Source of the DNA: Carcharhinus longimanus
Taxonomy: Eukaryota
Assembly (NCBI GenBank): GCA_030264375.1
Contig: JASCQW010000112.1
Coordinates: forward strand, 45,727,709 to 45,791,708
Length of the DNA stretch: 64,000 nucleotides
Direction of reading: 5' to 3'
Part shown: in pieces, positions 37,566-50,400 of the stretch
Layout of the letters: every line of letters begins with the position of its first letter
Position numbering within the stretch: the stretch's first letter is position 1
The notes under the pieces: model-generated
Database searches by the model: none
Told to the model about the DNA's origin: nothing
The model's input: the letters and a program-made list of their open reading frames with translations, nothing else
Program-made: the position numbers and the translations under genes

Positions 37566-39536
37566 TGGGGAGGATTCTTCGGAAGAAAATTCTAAGTACG
37601 GCACAATCTTACAAAAAGGATTCTTAGTGCTGAAAGAGCACAAAAATGGAAGAGAATGGTATTGGTTTTTATTGGTGAGCTGCGAGTCGCAATCTTACGG
37701 CACTCAGTGCAAAAAAAAACCTGGAAACGATTCTTGCCAGTAGGGGGCAGCGGAAAGCTGAAACTTGCTGGTGAAAGCCGGCTGCAGAGTGCTTGGAGCA
37801 TCATTGCACAGGCTCCCCAATCTCCTAGTGGGAGCTCTCTTGCTGCCCCACTCTATATGGATATCACTCATCACCTCCCACCCCACACTCCCTCTGCCAA
37901 TATCTCCACCCCCCTCATCTGCCCCAACTGCTGATTACTCTCTGGTTCCCCTCCCCCACCCCTGTCAATCACCAACCTGTCTACAAAGTGCCGTCCTGCT
38001 GATCACCGTCATCTGCAAAGCCCCCCCAACTGTCACCCAACCAGACCTCCCCGCCTTGCCTACCCTCTTGAAGAACTATCTCCCCCCTTGCTTCTCCCTG
38101 TCATTGCCCCATCCCATTCAGGCCCCACCCCCTTGGCACAACCCCTGGCAAAGTTGCGGTGGACAATGCTATGGTGCCTTGTGGGCAGTGCCAGGGAGCC
38201 AGATGAGCACTGCCAGTTTGGCACTGCCTGCTGGGCCACTCAGTGGCCCGCATTCCCCCGAGTGGGGTCATGGTGCCTGATCTCCAATGGTGGCAACTAA
38301 TGGTGATTTTCACTGGCAGGATGTCATNNNNNNNNNNNNNNNNNNNNNNNNNNNNNNNNNNNNNNNNAATGAGGGGGAAGATATCAGAAGGCAGGAAGAA
38401 GCCATGTGGGGCCAAGGTATGTCCACTCTCTCCATGAAATAAGGCCTGGATTCGGGTTGGTGATTTCTTCAAAGGCATTGTGGTTTGCAAAAGAGGAAGT
38501 GAAACCATAGGCTGTCAATCAGGCTTAGACTCTATCTACATTGTGGTCAGGATCAATGGGGTACTTGAAATCCATTCAAGCATGAAGGGAATGAACATAA
38601 ACACAGATGGTTGGAACAGAAATCCAGTGAGCTGTCAGTGGAAGCTTTTACAAGGTACTGCATATTGAATTTGTTAGAAATCAGAGAGTCACTGGAATCA
38701 AGAGGGTTTCAGAAGTTTCTGCTTGCTTGGAAGCTTCAGAAACTTCAAATCAGTGCTGTGAGGATATACTGGGGCTGGGTGCACAGCTGGGTAGACTGGA
38801 AGCAGCCCCCCCCCACCCCCTTGGCCACCCCCTCCCCAGGTGAAATTGACATCTCCTCGCTGTCAGACCACTTCAAAGGGGTCCGGTCACACCTGCAGCT
38901 TCTGACAGGAAGAAAGGGAAATATCTGCCACAGAATAAAGAGCTGCAATGATTTAAAATTCTGCCAGGTGACCGGGTGGGCATAGAAATTGATGAGTCCT
39001 GGCCACTTCAGGACTTCCACAGCTGACAGGCAGGAATGAGGCTGATGATCACAGGGTCTGATTGAAATCACCATGCCAGGTAGCGAGCCTGCACAATGGT
39101 GCTCCAAGCAACCTTCAGTGGGCTTCACCAGTGAGTTTTGGCACCATCATGTCCCTGATTGGCAAGAATGGCATCCGGGTTTTTATTTTGCACTGAGTGC
39201 CGTAAGATTGTGACTCATGATTGACAAATGAAAACCAATGCCATTCTCTCCCATTTTTATGCTCCTTCCGCAGTTGGAATTTTTTCCATAAGGTCGTGTA
39301 CCCTGATTAGAATTTTTTCCTGAAGATTCTGTCCCATGTCTGACAAATTTACTACAGATCTTTGAGGCGGTATCAGCCAGTGTAGATGGAGAAGAACTAG
39401 TCAATGTTTTGGTTTTGGTTTTCAAAAGACATTTGATAAGATGCCACACCAAAGGCAAAATAGGAACTCATGGTGTTGGAGGTAATGGATAGAGAATTGG
39501 CTAACAGGAAGCATGATAAAGGGGTCTTTCTCAGGT
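37352..39536. repeat. Inverted duplication (arms 37352-37815 and 39085-39536)
   Basis: Shared ggctgataccgcctcaaagatctgtagtaa.tttgtcagacatggg and caatcttacggcactcagtgcaaaa in opposite orientation. Confidence 0.9.
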
Positions 39537-40754
39537 CTGCCAGGGCTAGAAGAGGGCTGGAGTGTGGCATGGTCAACCCCTTGTCCCTAGCCTGAACCCA
39601 CCCTATCCTCCACCCACACCCCACCCCCACCCAGGATTCTTGTGGGACCTTTCATCTGCAACTTGGCAACAACAGAGGGACAACTGGACCAACGCACCAG
39701 GCCAGGATGTCGGAGGAAGGGTGCCAGGGATAGTGCATTGTTGGCACTGCCAAGGCTTGAAGGGAAGCCAAATGGGAGGGGAAAAGGGGGCTCTCTGGCA
39801 AATCTGAGGAGGAAGGTAGGCTGAATGGGGCCCACGTCGGGTCAGATAAATCTCATGGCTGCGTGGTGTGAATCTCATTGCTGAGGGCTTGACATTGCCT
39901 GACCCTCATGGGTCCAACATTGCCAGGTCCTCGATTGTCAGGACCTGTACCATAGCCCCTGCAACACCCATCCAACTACCTCCCCCACCCCCGACCCCCC
40001 AACCCTGTACAAATCCTGCTGGGGAAGCGGGTGAATGAGCATTTTGAATCAGACCTCAAGTTGCTAATTATATTCAAAGTAGTTAAATTTAACGTTTAAA
40101 GGGTTCCCACTCACCACAGCAGGAGCTCTGTCAGGGCTGTGCTGGGAGCATGGCAACAGGTGACGCCAGTGCAAAACCCGTTTTTTGCCCAGTGCCCAAT
40201 TTTCCAGGCCATTGTGATACCCTCTGGAAGCTAGAGGATCTGGAGAACCCTGTACCTTCTCTGCCTCTGGCTCTCTCTCTCTCTTCTGCCTCCCTCTTCT
40301 CTAAACAACTGTTACTCCATTCAGAAAAGCTGCAACTTGATTCTCCTGATTTTAACCATTGAATCTCCAGCCCCATTACTGCCAGGCAGGTGGGGTTAAT
40401 GTCGGATAGACACAATGTAAGAAGAAAGCAGCAATGCACAATCTGGTAAATAGTGAAAACTGTCGTTTGAAGGCATTTGTTTCTACAGTAGTCTCAGATG
40501 AAATCCTCGAGTTGACACTTGAATTAACCAGCCAGGAGTATGGACAGTACCTGTCTGCTCTCATTCACTCAGTTTCTTTCCAAAGGGAAAACTTACCCTC
40601 CAAATTCACTACTACTGCTAAGCAGTAGCATTGACTTCAGTAGTCATTGATCTACAATGCCAGCAAACAGGCTTCGCTCAATTCTTTATGCAATTTGGTC
40701 TGTTCTATACCGTTTCAAGAAATAGCCAAAGTGCAAGAGGGAATTGTCTGATGT

Positions 40755-41050
40755 TTATTTCTTATTCATTCATGAGACATGAGCATCGCTGGCTGGCCAG
40801 CATTTATTGCCCATCTCTAGTTGCCCTTGTTCAGAGAGCAGTTGAGAGTCAACCACATTGCTGCGGCTCTGGAGTTCACATGTAGGCCAGACCAGGTAAG
40901 GACGGCAGATTTCCTTCCCTAAAGGAAATTGGTGAACCAGATGGGTTTTTCCGGCAATCAACAATGGTTTAATGATCATCGGTAGATTCTTAATTCCAGA
41001 TATTTTTGATTGAATTCAAATTCCACCATCTGCGGTGATGGGATTCGAAC
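40755..41050 (-). mobile_element. SINE with L2-like tail
   Basis: ggccagcatttattgcccatc...gtaggccagaccaggtaaggacggcagatttccttccc...gggattcgaac (B box on minus strand). Confidence 0.85.
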
Positions 41051-41659
41051 NNNNNNNNNNNNNNNNNNNNNNNNNNNNNNNNNNNNNNNNNNNNNNNNNN
41101 NNNNNNNNNNNNNNNNNNNNNNNNNNNNNNNNNNNNNNNNNNNNNNNNNNNNNNCCCCATTCTCCTGCCTAAGCTGACTTAGCTGAGTTTCTGAATTAAC
41201 AGCCTGGTGCTAATAGGTCATCACCTCCCTCAAAAACAAGTAAAGGCATATAACAAATCATCAAATACATGGAAAATGTCCACACATTAGTAGGCACTAT
41301 ATGTACATGGTGACAGGAAGAAATAAAATGCTGTGGTGTATTTTCACAAATGCAACACTCATAGATGGAGTGGGTTTGGGGAGTGGGGTGGGGTGGGAAT
41401 GGGGGAGGAATGAAGTAAAGTGGAATAGGGGATTTATCCAGCAGTCTGCCATCAAGATCCAGCCAGCTGCAATTCTTCATTGGATGGATCAAAGCCATAG
41501 TGTCCCGGTGACAATCTAACTGCCCCATCTCTTCAGGACACCTTACACCTGCATTGGGGAAAACCATATAGCATATGTAGCCAAGCAAAACCAGTCAAGA
41601 AAGTGAATTTCAAGGCAGAGTAGGCCCAGACAGATCATATTAAACATCATTTTTGGCTC

Positions 41660-41795
41660 AGTTCTGGTGAAGGGTCAACCAGACTCAAAACATTGGCTCA
41701 GTTCTCTCTCCCCAGATGCTATCAGGCCTGCTAAGATTTTCCAGCATTTTGTGTTTCTGTTTCAGATTCTAGCATCTGCAGTAATTTGCTTTTAT
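41660..41795 (+). mobile_element. Second Penelope-derived terminal repeat family
   Basis: ttctggtgaagggtcaaccagactcaaaac (degenerate hammerhead-like) plus cagatgct...ttccagcatttt; related bits at 13370, 15725 and 59200. Confidence 0.55.
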
Positions 41796-42179
41796 TCCTT
41801 TGGGACTTCCTTGTGGTGAGAATTGCTGCTTTGTATTTCACAAGAAAACCTTAGACTTTTTCTTCTCAAAGGAATCCCTCTAGATCCCTTCTGCATGACA
41901 ACACCATCCCCTCCTTCACCAACCATTTAGCTGAATGCCAGGGATCATTCCCTTCGGCCCCAATACGGCCTCCTGCCACACCAAAATTTCACTTCTACTT
42001 CCACTTGCCATGTATTAATTTCTGCTGAGTTCCAAACAGAATGAAACCTGCAAGATGGAAATTACACCAAGAGACTATATTCTCTCCAGGTTGCACATCG
42101 CACTGGCAAGTAAGCTCGCTTGGTACAAGAATGCACTAAACCCACTCGATTGGTGTAAAACAATTGAAAGTGGTGTCAC

Positions 42180-42840
42180 AGGCAGACAGGATGGTGGAGA
42201 AGGTGTTTGGTACATTTGCCTTCATCGGTCAGAGCATTTAGTACAGGAGTTGGGACGTTATGCTATACTGTAGAAGACATTGGTATGGCCACATTTGGAG
42301 TACTGCATACAATTCTGGTTGCCCTGCTATAAGAAGGATATTATTAAATGGAAAGGGTACAAAATAGATTTACAAAGATGTTACCAGCGTTGGAAAATTT
42401 GGGGAGAGGAGAGACTAAATAGGCTGGGGCTTTTTTCCTTGGAACATAAGAGGATGAGGGGTGACTTTATAGAGGAGTATAGATCATGAGGGCGTAGATC
42501 AAGTAAATAGCCAAGGTCTTTTCCCCAGGGTAGGGGAATCCAAAGCCAGAGAGCATAGTTTTAAGGTGAGAGGGGAAAGATTTAAAAGGTACCTGAGTGT
42601 TAACTTTTACACACAAAAGATGATGCATGTATGGAATGAGCTGCCAGAGGAGGTGGCAGAGACGGGTACAATTACAATATTTAAAAGACATTTGGATAGG
42701 TACATGGATGGGAAGTTTTTAGAGGGATATGGGTCAAATGCAGGCAAACAGGACTAGTTCAGTTTAGGAAACCTGATTAGCATGGACAAGTTGGGCTGAA
42801 GAGCCTTTTTCCATGCTGTATATCTCTATGATTATGATTC
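42180..42840 (+). mobile_element. CR1 3' region
   Basis: PHLEYCIQFWLP..KKDI; ERLNRLGLFSLE.KRMRGD; WNELPEEV; ctatgattatgatt tail. Confidence 0.9.
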
Positions 42841-43089
42841 TTATTACATTCCATGTTCTGGAGTGGGGAGCTCAAAGCCAGAGGTCATACATATAAGACA
42901 ATTATTAACATATTTTATAACTTGGGCTGTGGACTGCATTTAGATGAACAGGGGATGGGGGAGGGCTCGGATGAAGGGTGACTTAAAAGTGTAAAGAGAT
43001 AGATTGAAGCTTCAGGACATTGGGGTGATGTGGGTAAAGGTAAGCATAGTGGGACAGGAAGGACAGAGAATTTAACACAATTGTACATC

Positions 43090-45130
43090 AGTGAAAATGG
43101 TCTTTGCAGGGGCTAGAATTAAAAAAATAAAATTGCACCTTCTTTATATGAATGCAAACATCATCTGCAATAAGATAAATGAACTTGTGGCAAAAATAGA
43201 GGTAAATGATTTAGATCATGTGTGGGTTAGGTTGATTGACCATGCTAAATTGCCCTTTAATGTCAGAGGGATTAGCAGAGTAAATATGTGGGGTTATGGG
43301 GATAGGGACTGGGTGGGATTGGTGTTGGCGTAGGTTTGATGGGCCGAATGGCCTGCTTCGGCACTGGAGGGATTCTATGATTCTATCAAATTACCCATTT
43401 CAAATACATGATTATAAAGGGACCAAGATTGGGAAAGAAATATTCCAGAATACACAATCTTGTAGAAAGACAAACAGAATGGCAAAGGAGAAAGGATAGC
43501 CCAAATGGTAACAGTGTGAAAGGATCAGGCTTTAGAAAAACATGAATTAGAATCAGTCTTGGTGTAAATTATACATGAGTATAGGAAAGAGATAGGGAAT
43601 CTGGTGAACTGGTGTGATGACAATAATCTCTCTCTCAATGTCAATAAAACAAGAGATTGTCATCAATTTCAGAGAGCTTCAAGTCTCTGGATGCCCAGAT
43701 CACCAACATCCTGTGCTGGTCCCTGGACCCCAACGCTATCATTAAGAAAGCCCACCAACACTTCTACTTTCTTAGAAGGCTAAGGAAATTTGGCATGTCC
43801 ATTGCGACTCTCGCTAACCTTTACAGATGCACCATAGAAAGCATTCTTTCTGGTTGTATTGCAGTTTGGTAAGGCTTCTGCTCTGTCCAAGATGCAAGAA
43901 ACTACAAAAGGCCATGAATGAAGCCCACTTCATCACACAAACCAGTCTCCCATCGATTGACTGCATTCCTGCAGCCAGCATAATCAAGGACTTCACGCAC
44001 CCTGGACACACTGTGTTCCACCTCCTTCCATGAAGAAAAGAATACAGAAGTCTGAGGTTATGTACCAGCTGACTCAAGAACAGTTTCTTCCCTGCTGCCA
44101 TCAGACTTTTGAATGGACCTACCTTATATCAAGTTGATCTTTCTCTACACCCTAGCTATGACTGTAACACTATATTCNNNNNNNNNNNNNNNNNNNNNNN
44201 NNNNNNNNNNNNNNNNNNNNNNNNNNNNNNNNNNNNNNNNNNNNNNNNNNNNNNNNNNNNNNNNNNNNNNNNNNNNNCAAGTTGATCTTTCTCTACACCC
44301 TAGCTATGACTGTAACACTATATTCTGCACCCTCTCCTTTTCTTCTTTATGTCAGTGTAGCAAGTGAAAAAACCAATATTGTTCACTATATACTAATAAA
44401 TGTGACAATAATAAATCAAATCAAAATTACAAATTAGTCAGAAAACACTGGTGGGAGTAGTTTCTAAAACCCCCTAATAGTAGTTATATTGTTGGATGGA
44501 GCATTGAACAAGAAATTGTTGGAGGTTATAATAAAGGCAATGCAATAATTTTGTGGAATTTAATCTTCATGTAGACTTGGGCAAACAAATAGCAAGAGTG
44601 TTCCCAAAGATGCATTTATAGAACTTTTCCATGACAGGTTTTAGATCAATATGTCATTGAACTGACTAGGATAAAAATTACCTTAGTTCTTGTACTGTCA
44701 AATAAAGCCAGGTTAATTAGTAATGTCACAATAAAAGATCCACTGAGAAAAAATGGTCATAATAGCATTCAATTCGATGTTAAATTTGAAAAAGACATAT
44801 TCAAATTACAGGCAAGCATCTTAAACTTAACAAAACTAAATACATATGTATAAGGGGAGAACTCAGGTTAATTGGAAAATAGTCTTGTAATTAAGGAGAT
44901 AAATAAACTGTTGTAAATATTTAAAGAAACAATTAAAAATGTTCAACAAAAATACACTTCATTCAAGAACAAGAACCAAGTAAGAAGGACCCATCTGTGG
45001 TTCACTCAGGAAAGTATAAAATTGAATTAAGAGGTTCACAATATACAAAAAACAGTAGCAAGTCTGAGGATTGGGAGTGCTTTAAAAACCAGCAAAGGGC
45101 CACTAAAAAGTTAATAAAAAGGGAAAAAAA
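43090..45130 (+). mobile_element. CR1 ORF2 endonuclease region, interrupted by a SINE (~43220-43385) and Rex1 (~43575-44425)
   Basis: LYMNANIICNKINELVAKIE; EDWECFKNQQRATKKLIKREK. Confidence 0.75.
43575..44425 (+). mobile_element. Rex1/Babar LINE 3' half
   Basis: WCDDNNLSLNVNKT; KKAHQHFYFLRRLRKFGM...YRCTIESILSGCI; aataaatcaaatcaaa tail. Confidence 0.92.
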
Positions 45131-45419
45131 TAGAGTTATGACAGCTGATACGATCCTTAGCAGGACCTCGAGATCTGGAGGTGAACTGGTTAGGGACAAA
45201 TAATGTTTTATTTAAAGCAGATAAAAGCTGCAATTCAAGGCACCTGTTTTTGGAACAAAGTTACGGGATTCCATAGGTTTTGAAAACAAACAAGGTTTCG
45301 CTGTACAAGCTCAGAAAGATAAAACAATTCACAAAATGTACCTTATACTCTAACATTCATACATAAGAATTAACAGAAAGACTGTGGCTGGATGCATCAG
45401 AGAAAATAATTTTCTGATC

Positions 45420-46100
45420 TCGCCACAAAGTTACGGGCATAGTTGCAGGGCACAGATCACATCTATGCCAGAAAATAGTGTGCGAGCCTAAAAATCATTT
45501 CTGTGTCCGCACCAAACTTTGCAATCATCCCAGCCCCTTCCCATTGGTGCAAACTGGATCCCATCCAAAAAGAGCGTGAGATTGATTAGCACGAGATTGA
45601 CTTAATTTTAATCTTATCAGCGGGTTCAGCACACGATCGTTCCCCCCTTCCCGGAACGTTCCCACTTCTCCGGCAGAATGTCACACTGGCATGAATCAGT
45701 ACTGATCTCCACTAGCGGAAACCAAGGGCGATGTCCACACCCTGGGGGTTCAAAGGCCATTGAAGTCCAGGTGGTCAGGGACATAGTTGGGCAGGGCCCA
45801 TTGGGCTGTGCCCACCTGGCACGCTGGCAGTGCCCACTGTATAGATTGCCATTTCCCACCTGACCCCCTGGCAGTGCCAGTTGGGTATTGCCATTGTACT
45901 GGGGCAGTGTCAAAGGAGTGGGCCTATGTGGGATGGGGGTGGCATGCAGGGAAGCTATGCAGGGGGGCTATCCGGGGGTGGAGCATGTCAGTGGCTATTC
46001 TGGGGATCAGTGGTCATGATGGGAGAGGGTGGAGGTCATGATGGAGGGGTATGCTAGGAGTCCTGTGGGGAGGCAGGGGGAGGCATTGGGAGGGCATCAA
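45420..46100. mobile_element. Harbinger-type MITE remnant
   Basis: GC-rich with ctggcagtgcc motifs, like 34365 and 37570. Confidence 0.5.
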
Positions 46101-48129
46101 TACTCTGATGCCAGCAATTCATGTCGGGGACGGGGTAGGGGAACTACTGGCTTTAATAATGCCCAAGAGAGAAGGAAATCTGCAAACCTTACCTGATCTG
46201 GTCTACATGTGACTCCAGATCCACAGCAATGAATTTGACTCTCAAAAGCCCTCTGAAATAGAGGACAGTTAGATATGGGTGATAAATCCAGCAAGCGAAG
46301 CCCATATCTCTGAGTGAATAAAACACATACCTCCAAAATGTCACTCCCACTCAGACAGTTTTAACAATGGCCTCCCTCACAGGATTTCACTCTTGCCTTC
46401 CGCAATTCCTTCTCACTGGGTTTCTGAGTACACCCAACACTAATAAAAAGAAGTCTCCTACAGTGCAGAGGGAGACCATTCTAGAGGGCACAGCCTCAGG
46501 ATAAAGGGGGGGCGGTTTAGAACGGAGTTGAGGAGGAACTTCTTCACTCAAAGGGTGNNNNNNNNNNNNNNNNNNNNNNNNNNNNNNNNNNNNNNNNNNN
46601 NNNNNNNNNNNNNNNNNNNNNNNNNNNNNNNNNNNNNNNNNNNNNNNNNNNNNNNNNNNNNNNNNNNNNNNNNNNNNNNNNNNNNNNNNNNNNNNNNNNN
46701 NNNNNNNNNNNNNNNNNNNNNNNNNNNNNNNNNNNNNNNNNNNNNNNNNNNNNNNNNNNNNNNNNNNNNNNNNNNNNNNNNNNNNNNNNNNNNNNNNNNN
46801 NNNNNNNNNNNNNNNNNNNNNNNNNNNNNNNNNNNNNNNNNNNNNNNNNNNNNNNNNNNNNNNNNNNNNNNNNNNNNNNNNNNNNNNNNNNNNNNNNNNN
46901 NNNNNNNNNNNNNNNNNNNNNNNNNNNNNNNNNNNNNNNNNNNNNNNNNNNNNNNNNNNNNNNNNNNNNNNNNNNNNNNNNNNNNNNNNNNNNNNNNNNN
47001 NNNNNNNNNNNNNNNNNNNNNNNNNNNNNNNNNNNNNNNNNNNNNNNNNNNNNNNNNNNNNNNNNNNNNNNNNNNNNNNNNNNNNNNNNNNNNNNNNNNN
47101 NNNNNNNNNNNNNNNNNNNNNNNNNNNNNNNNNNNNNNNNNNNNNNNNNNAGACAAAGATTTGCGCCAGAGGCCCAGCAATTTCATCTTTCACCTCCCTA
47201 AGCAGCCTGGGATAAATACCATCAGGCTCCGGAGCCTTATCCGTCCTTACGCTATGACAATTGCAGGCTGACTTCCCAAAATTGACAGCTGAAAGGAGAA
47301 GTTCACTGGCTGTTGAACTGTTTGATCTGCTGACCAATTCAAGCATTCCCACAGAGTCCCTTTATAACTGAGCAGGAACCAATAATAACAAGCATCGGAA
47401 CATCCTGTACCTTAAATATTACATGCTGCTGATTTAAGCAACAGGGACTTAAAGATCAATTATTTAAGAACAGAGTGTACTCACCAGAAATACTAAATAG
47501 ATAAGAGTTTTTATAAGCATATAAGAAAGAAAGTAGCCAAAATAAACATTGATCCCTTTGATACAGAAAGACTCCTCTAAACTCCAGGCTCAGGCCCAGT
47601 CAACCCAATCTCTTCTCATGCTGCTTCAGAGCCAGTCTAGCAGCAGGTCCTTTAGGACTTAGTTTTCTCAGTGCTACTGAGCCATTCTGGTGATGGATAT
47701 TGAAGTGCCCCACCCAGAGTACATTCTGTGCCCTTGCCACCCCACTGCCTCCTCAAAATAATATTCAACATGGTCCATCCAGTTTTATCCCTTATGTTTG
47801 CTTCGTAGTTTGATCCAATTCAGTGGCTTGCTAGACCATTTAAAATTCAGCCACATGTCTAGTAGGCCTGGAATCACGTGTAAGCCAGACCTAAATTATT
47901 CTGAAATAATATCCCCAAGGATATTGGTGAACTAAATGGATTTTTATAACAATTGTTTTGTGGTCAGCATTAGATTTCTTTTTTTCTAGAACACAAATTC
48001 CATAATCTATGATGGTGAGACTTCAACCCTGGTCCTCAAAGCATTATTACTAGCCCAGTGACAATACTCTACACCGCCATCTCCTGCATGTTGGCTTCCG
48101 GTTTGAGAGGAATTATCCTATGGGAATCT

Positions 48130-48755
48130 GAACAAATTGAGTTGTTTTCTCTGGACTTCAGAAGAATGAGAGTTAATCTCATGACACATATATCATTCTG
48201 CAGGAGCTTGATAGAGTACATGCAGGTCATGAACGTAAAACACTGGGGCATAGCCTCAGGACAAGGAGTTACTGGTTTAAAATTTATTAGTGTCACAAGT
48301 AGGCTTATGTTAATACTGCAATGAAGTTACTGTGAAAATCCCCTAGTCACTACANNNNNNNNNNNNNNNNNNNNNNNNNNNNNNNNNNNNNNNNNNNNNN
48401 NNNNNNNNNNNCAGCACATCTTTCAGATCGTGAGAGGAAGCTGGAGCACCCAGAGGAAACTCGCACAGGCACGGAGAGGATGTGCAGACTCCGCACAGGC
48501 AGTGATCCAAGCCGGGAATTGAACCTAGGTGCCTGGCACTGTGAGGCAGCAGTGCTAATTATTGTGCCACAATGCCACCCTGAGGACTGAGATGGGGAGA
48601 AATTATTTCATTCAAAGGCTGGTGAATCTTTGAAATTCTCCGGCCGAGACAGTTGTGAATGCTCCATCCTTGAAGAATTTGAAAGCTAGGATAGACTCCC
48701 AGGGAATTAAGGCAAATTGGTAACAGGCAGAAAAATGGAGTTGAAGTCCAAGATT
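48130..48755 (+). mobile_element. CR1 3' fragment with nested minus-strand V-SINE (~48275-48580)
   Basis: LFSLDFRRMRVNL; ggggcatagcctcagg...gactgagatggggagaaattatttc. Confidence 0.75.
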
Positions 48756-49442
48756 AGCCATATAAAGCTTCTTTACTCAGAGAGTGCTGAATAGTGATGT
48801 TATTATTACATGGAGTAATGAGGTGACTAAAATAGAGGCTTTTAAAGAAAAGGCAAGAAAGCATAGGAAAGAGAAAAGAATAGAAGGGTATGCTGATAGG
48901 GTAAGAAAATAGGATAGAAAGAGACAACAGGGTCAAATGCCTGTTTCTGTGTTTTAATTTCTCTATGTTACTCTGCAATTTCAAAAATTAAAAGACTTGG
49001 ATGTTGTCGTTGAAATAATGGTGAAACTATTGATAGCGAGGCCACCATTATTAATGTCTAAATTGGACAGCCATTTCCACTGCTCACAAACACACAGTTG
49101 GATGCAGAAATTGGAAAGTTGCTGTTTGAGTTGCCCTGAGTCGCCAGAAGCTTGTTATTTACTTACTGATATGCTCAGTATTCCAACATTTGGAAGGGTG
49201 CGAATTTGTTCTGCTCACATGATAGATACCTGCCGAACTCCCAAGAAAAGCTATGGCTCATCCACTAGATTGGAATGATAGAACAGTTGTTAACACTGCT
49301 GGCTCACAGCGCCAAGGACCTGGGTTCAATTTCCAGCTTGGATCACTGTCTGTGTAGAATCTGCACATTCTCCCAGTGTCTGTGTGAGTTTCCTCTGGGT
49401 GCTCCAGTTTCCTCTGTCCTCTCCCTTCCAGAATCATATAAG

Positions 49443-50012
49443 AGATCCCCTTTGTTCTCATTTTCATCCCCCGAGCCTCTCACATTCAAAGGATCATTCT
49501 CTGCCAATTCCAGTATGATGACACCACAAAACATATGTTCCCCTCACTTCCACTATCAGCATTTTGCAGAGTCCACTCCCTCAGTGACACCTTAGTCCAT
49601 TCCTCTATCACCCCCAGATTCCTCATCCCCTTCCACTGCATTTTCCTTTACAATCATAGAAGGTGCAACATTTGTCCCTTTTACCTCCTCACTGTCCAAG
49701 GGCCCTAACATTCCTTTCACATGAAACAGCATTTCACTTGTACCTCCTTCAATTTGATCGACTGTATTTGCTGCTCCTAATGTGATTTATTCTGCACAGG
49801 AGAGACTAAACGCAGACTGGATGACTACTTTGTGGAATACCTTCATTCAGTCCACAAGCATGACCCCAATTTTCCATTTCAACTCAGCATCTTGCTCTCA
49901 TGCCCATATATCCATCCTTGGCCTATGGTAATATTCCAGTGAAACCCAATACAAACTGGAGAAGCAGCGTCTCATCTTCTGATTAGGCACATTACAGCCT
50001 TTGGAATTCAAC
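49443..50012 (+). mobile_element. Penelope-like element, GIY-YIG endonuclease remnant
   Basis: PLSAFCRVHSLSDTLVHS; KQHFTCTSFNLIDCICCS*CDLFCTGETKRRL (cf. FTCxSxNLVYCIxC..C...YIGETKRRL). Confidence 0.85.
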
Positions 50013-50102
50013 AGGAGCAATTCTCCCAAATAAAAGGTACCCAATCAATGGGAATATGGGAGTTATTTAGAAAGAAAAGCACGATTCCCTGGTCGTAAGT
50101 TC

Positions 50103-50400
50103 ATAAGGTATAGAAGCAGAATTAGACCATTGCATTCAACCCATTGAGTCCACTCCACCATTCGATCATTTTGGAGGAGCATATGCTTCTCAACCCCATT
50201 TTCCTAAACTTCACCCCATGACCTTTCAACCCGTTACCAATTAAAAATCTATCTAACACCTCCTTAAATTTACTCACTGTCCCAGCATCCACCGCAATCT
50301 GGGGTAGTGAATTCCGCAGATTCACAAACCTTTGGGAGGAGTAGTTTCTCCTCAACTCTGTTTTAAATTTGCTTCCCCTTATCCTGAGATCTCTCATCCT
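50103..50400 (-). mobile_element. CR1 3' end
   Basis: LRIRGSKFKTELRRNY..QRFVNL.NSLPQ.AVDAG..FK..LDRFL. Confidence 0.9.

Noticed and set aside
37765-38280. Pro/Gly-rich ORFs in GC-rich blocks (also 24600-25170, 34385-34967, 53257-53845)
   Set aside because: Open in several frames because of the GC-rich low-complexity MITE interiors; no domain signal
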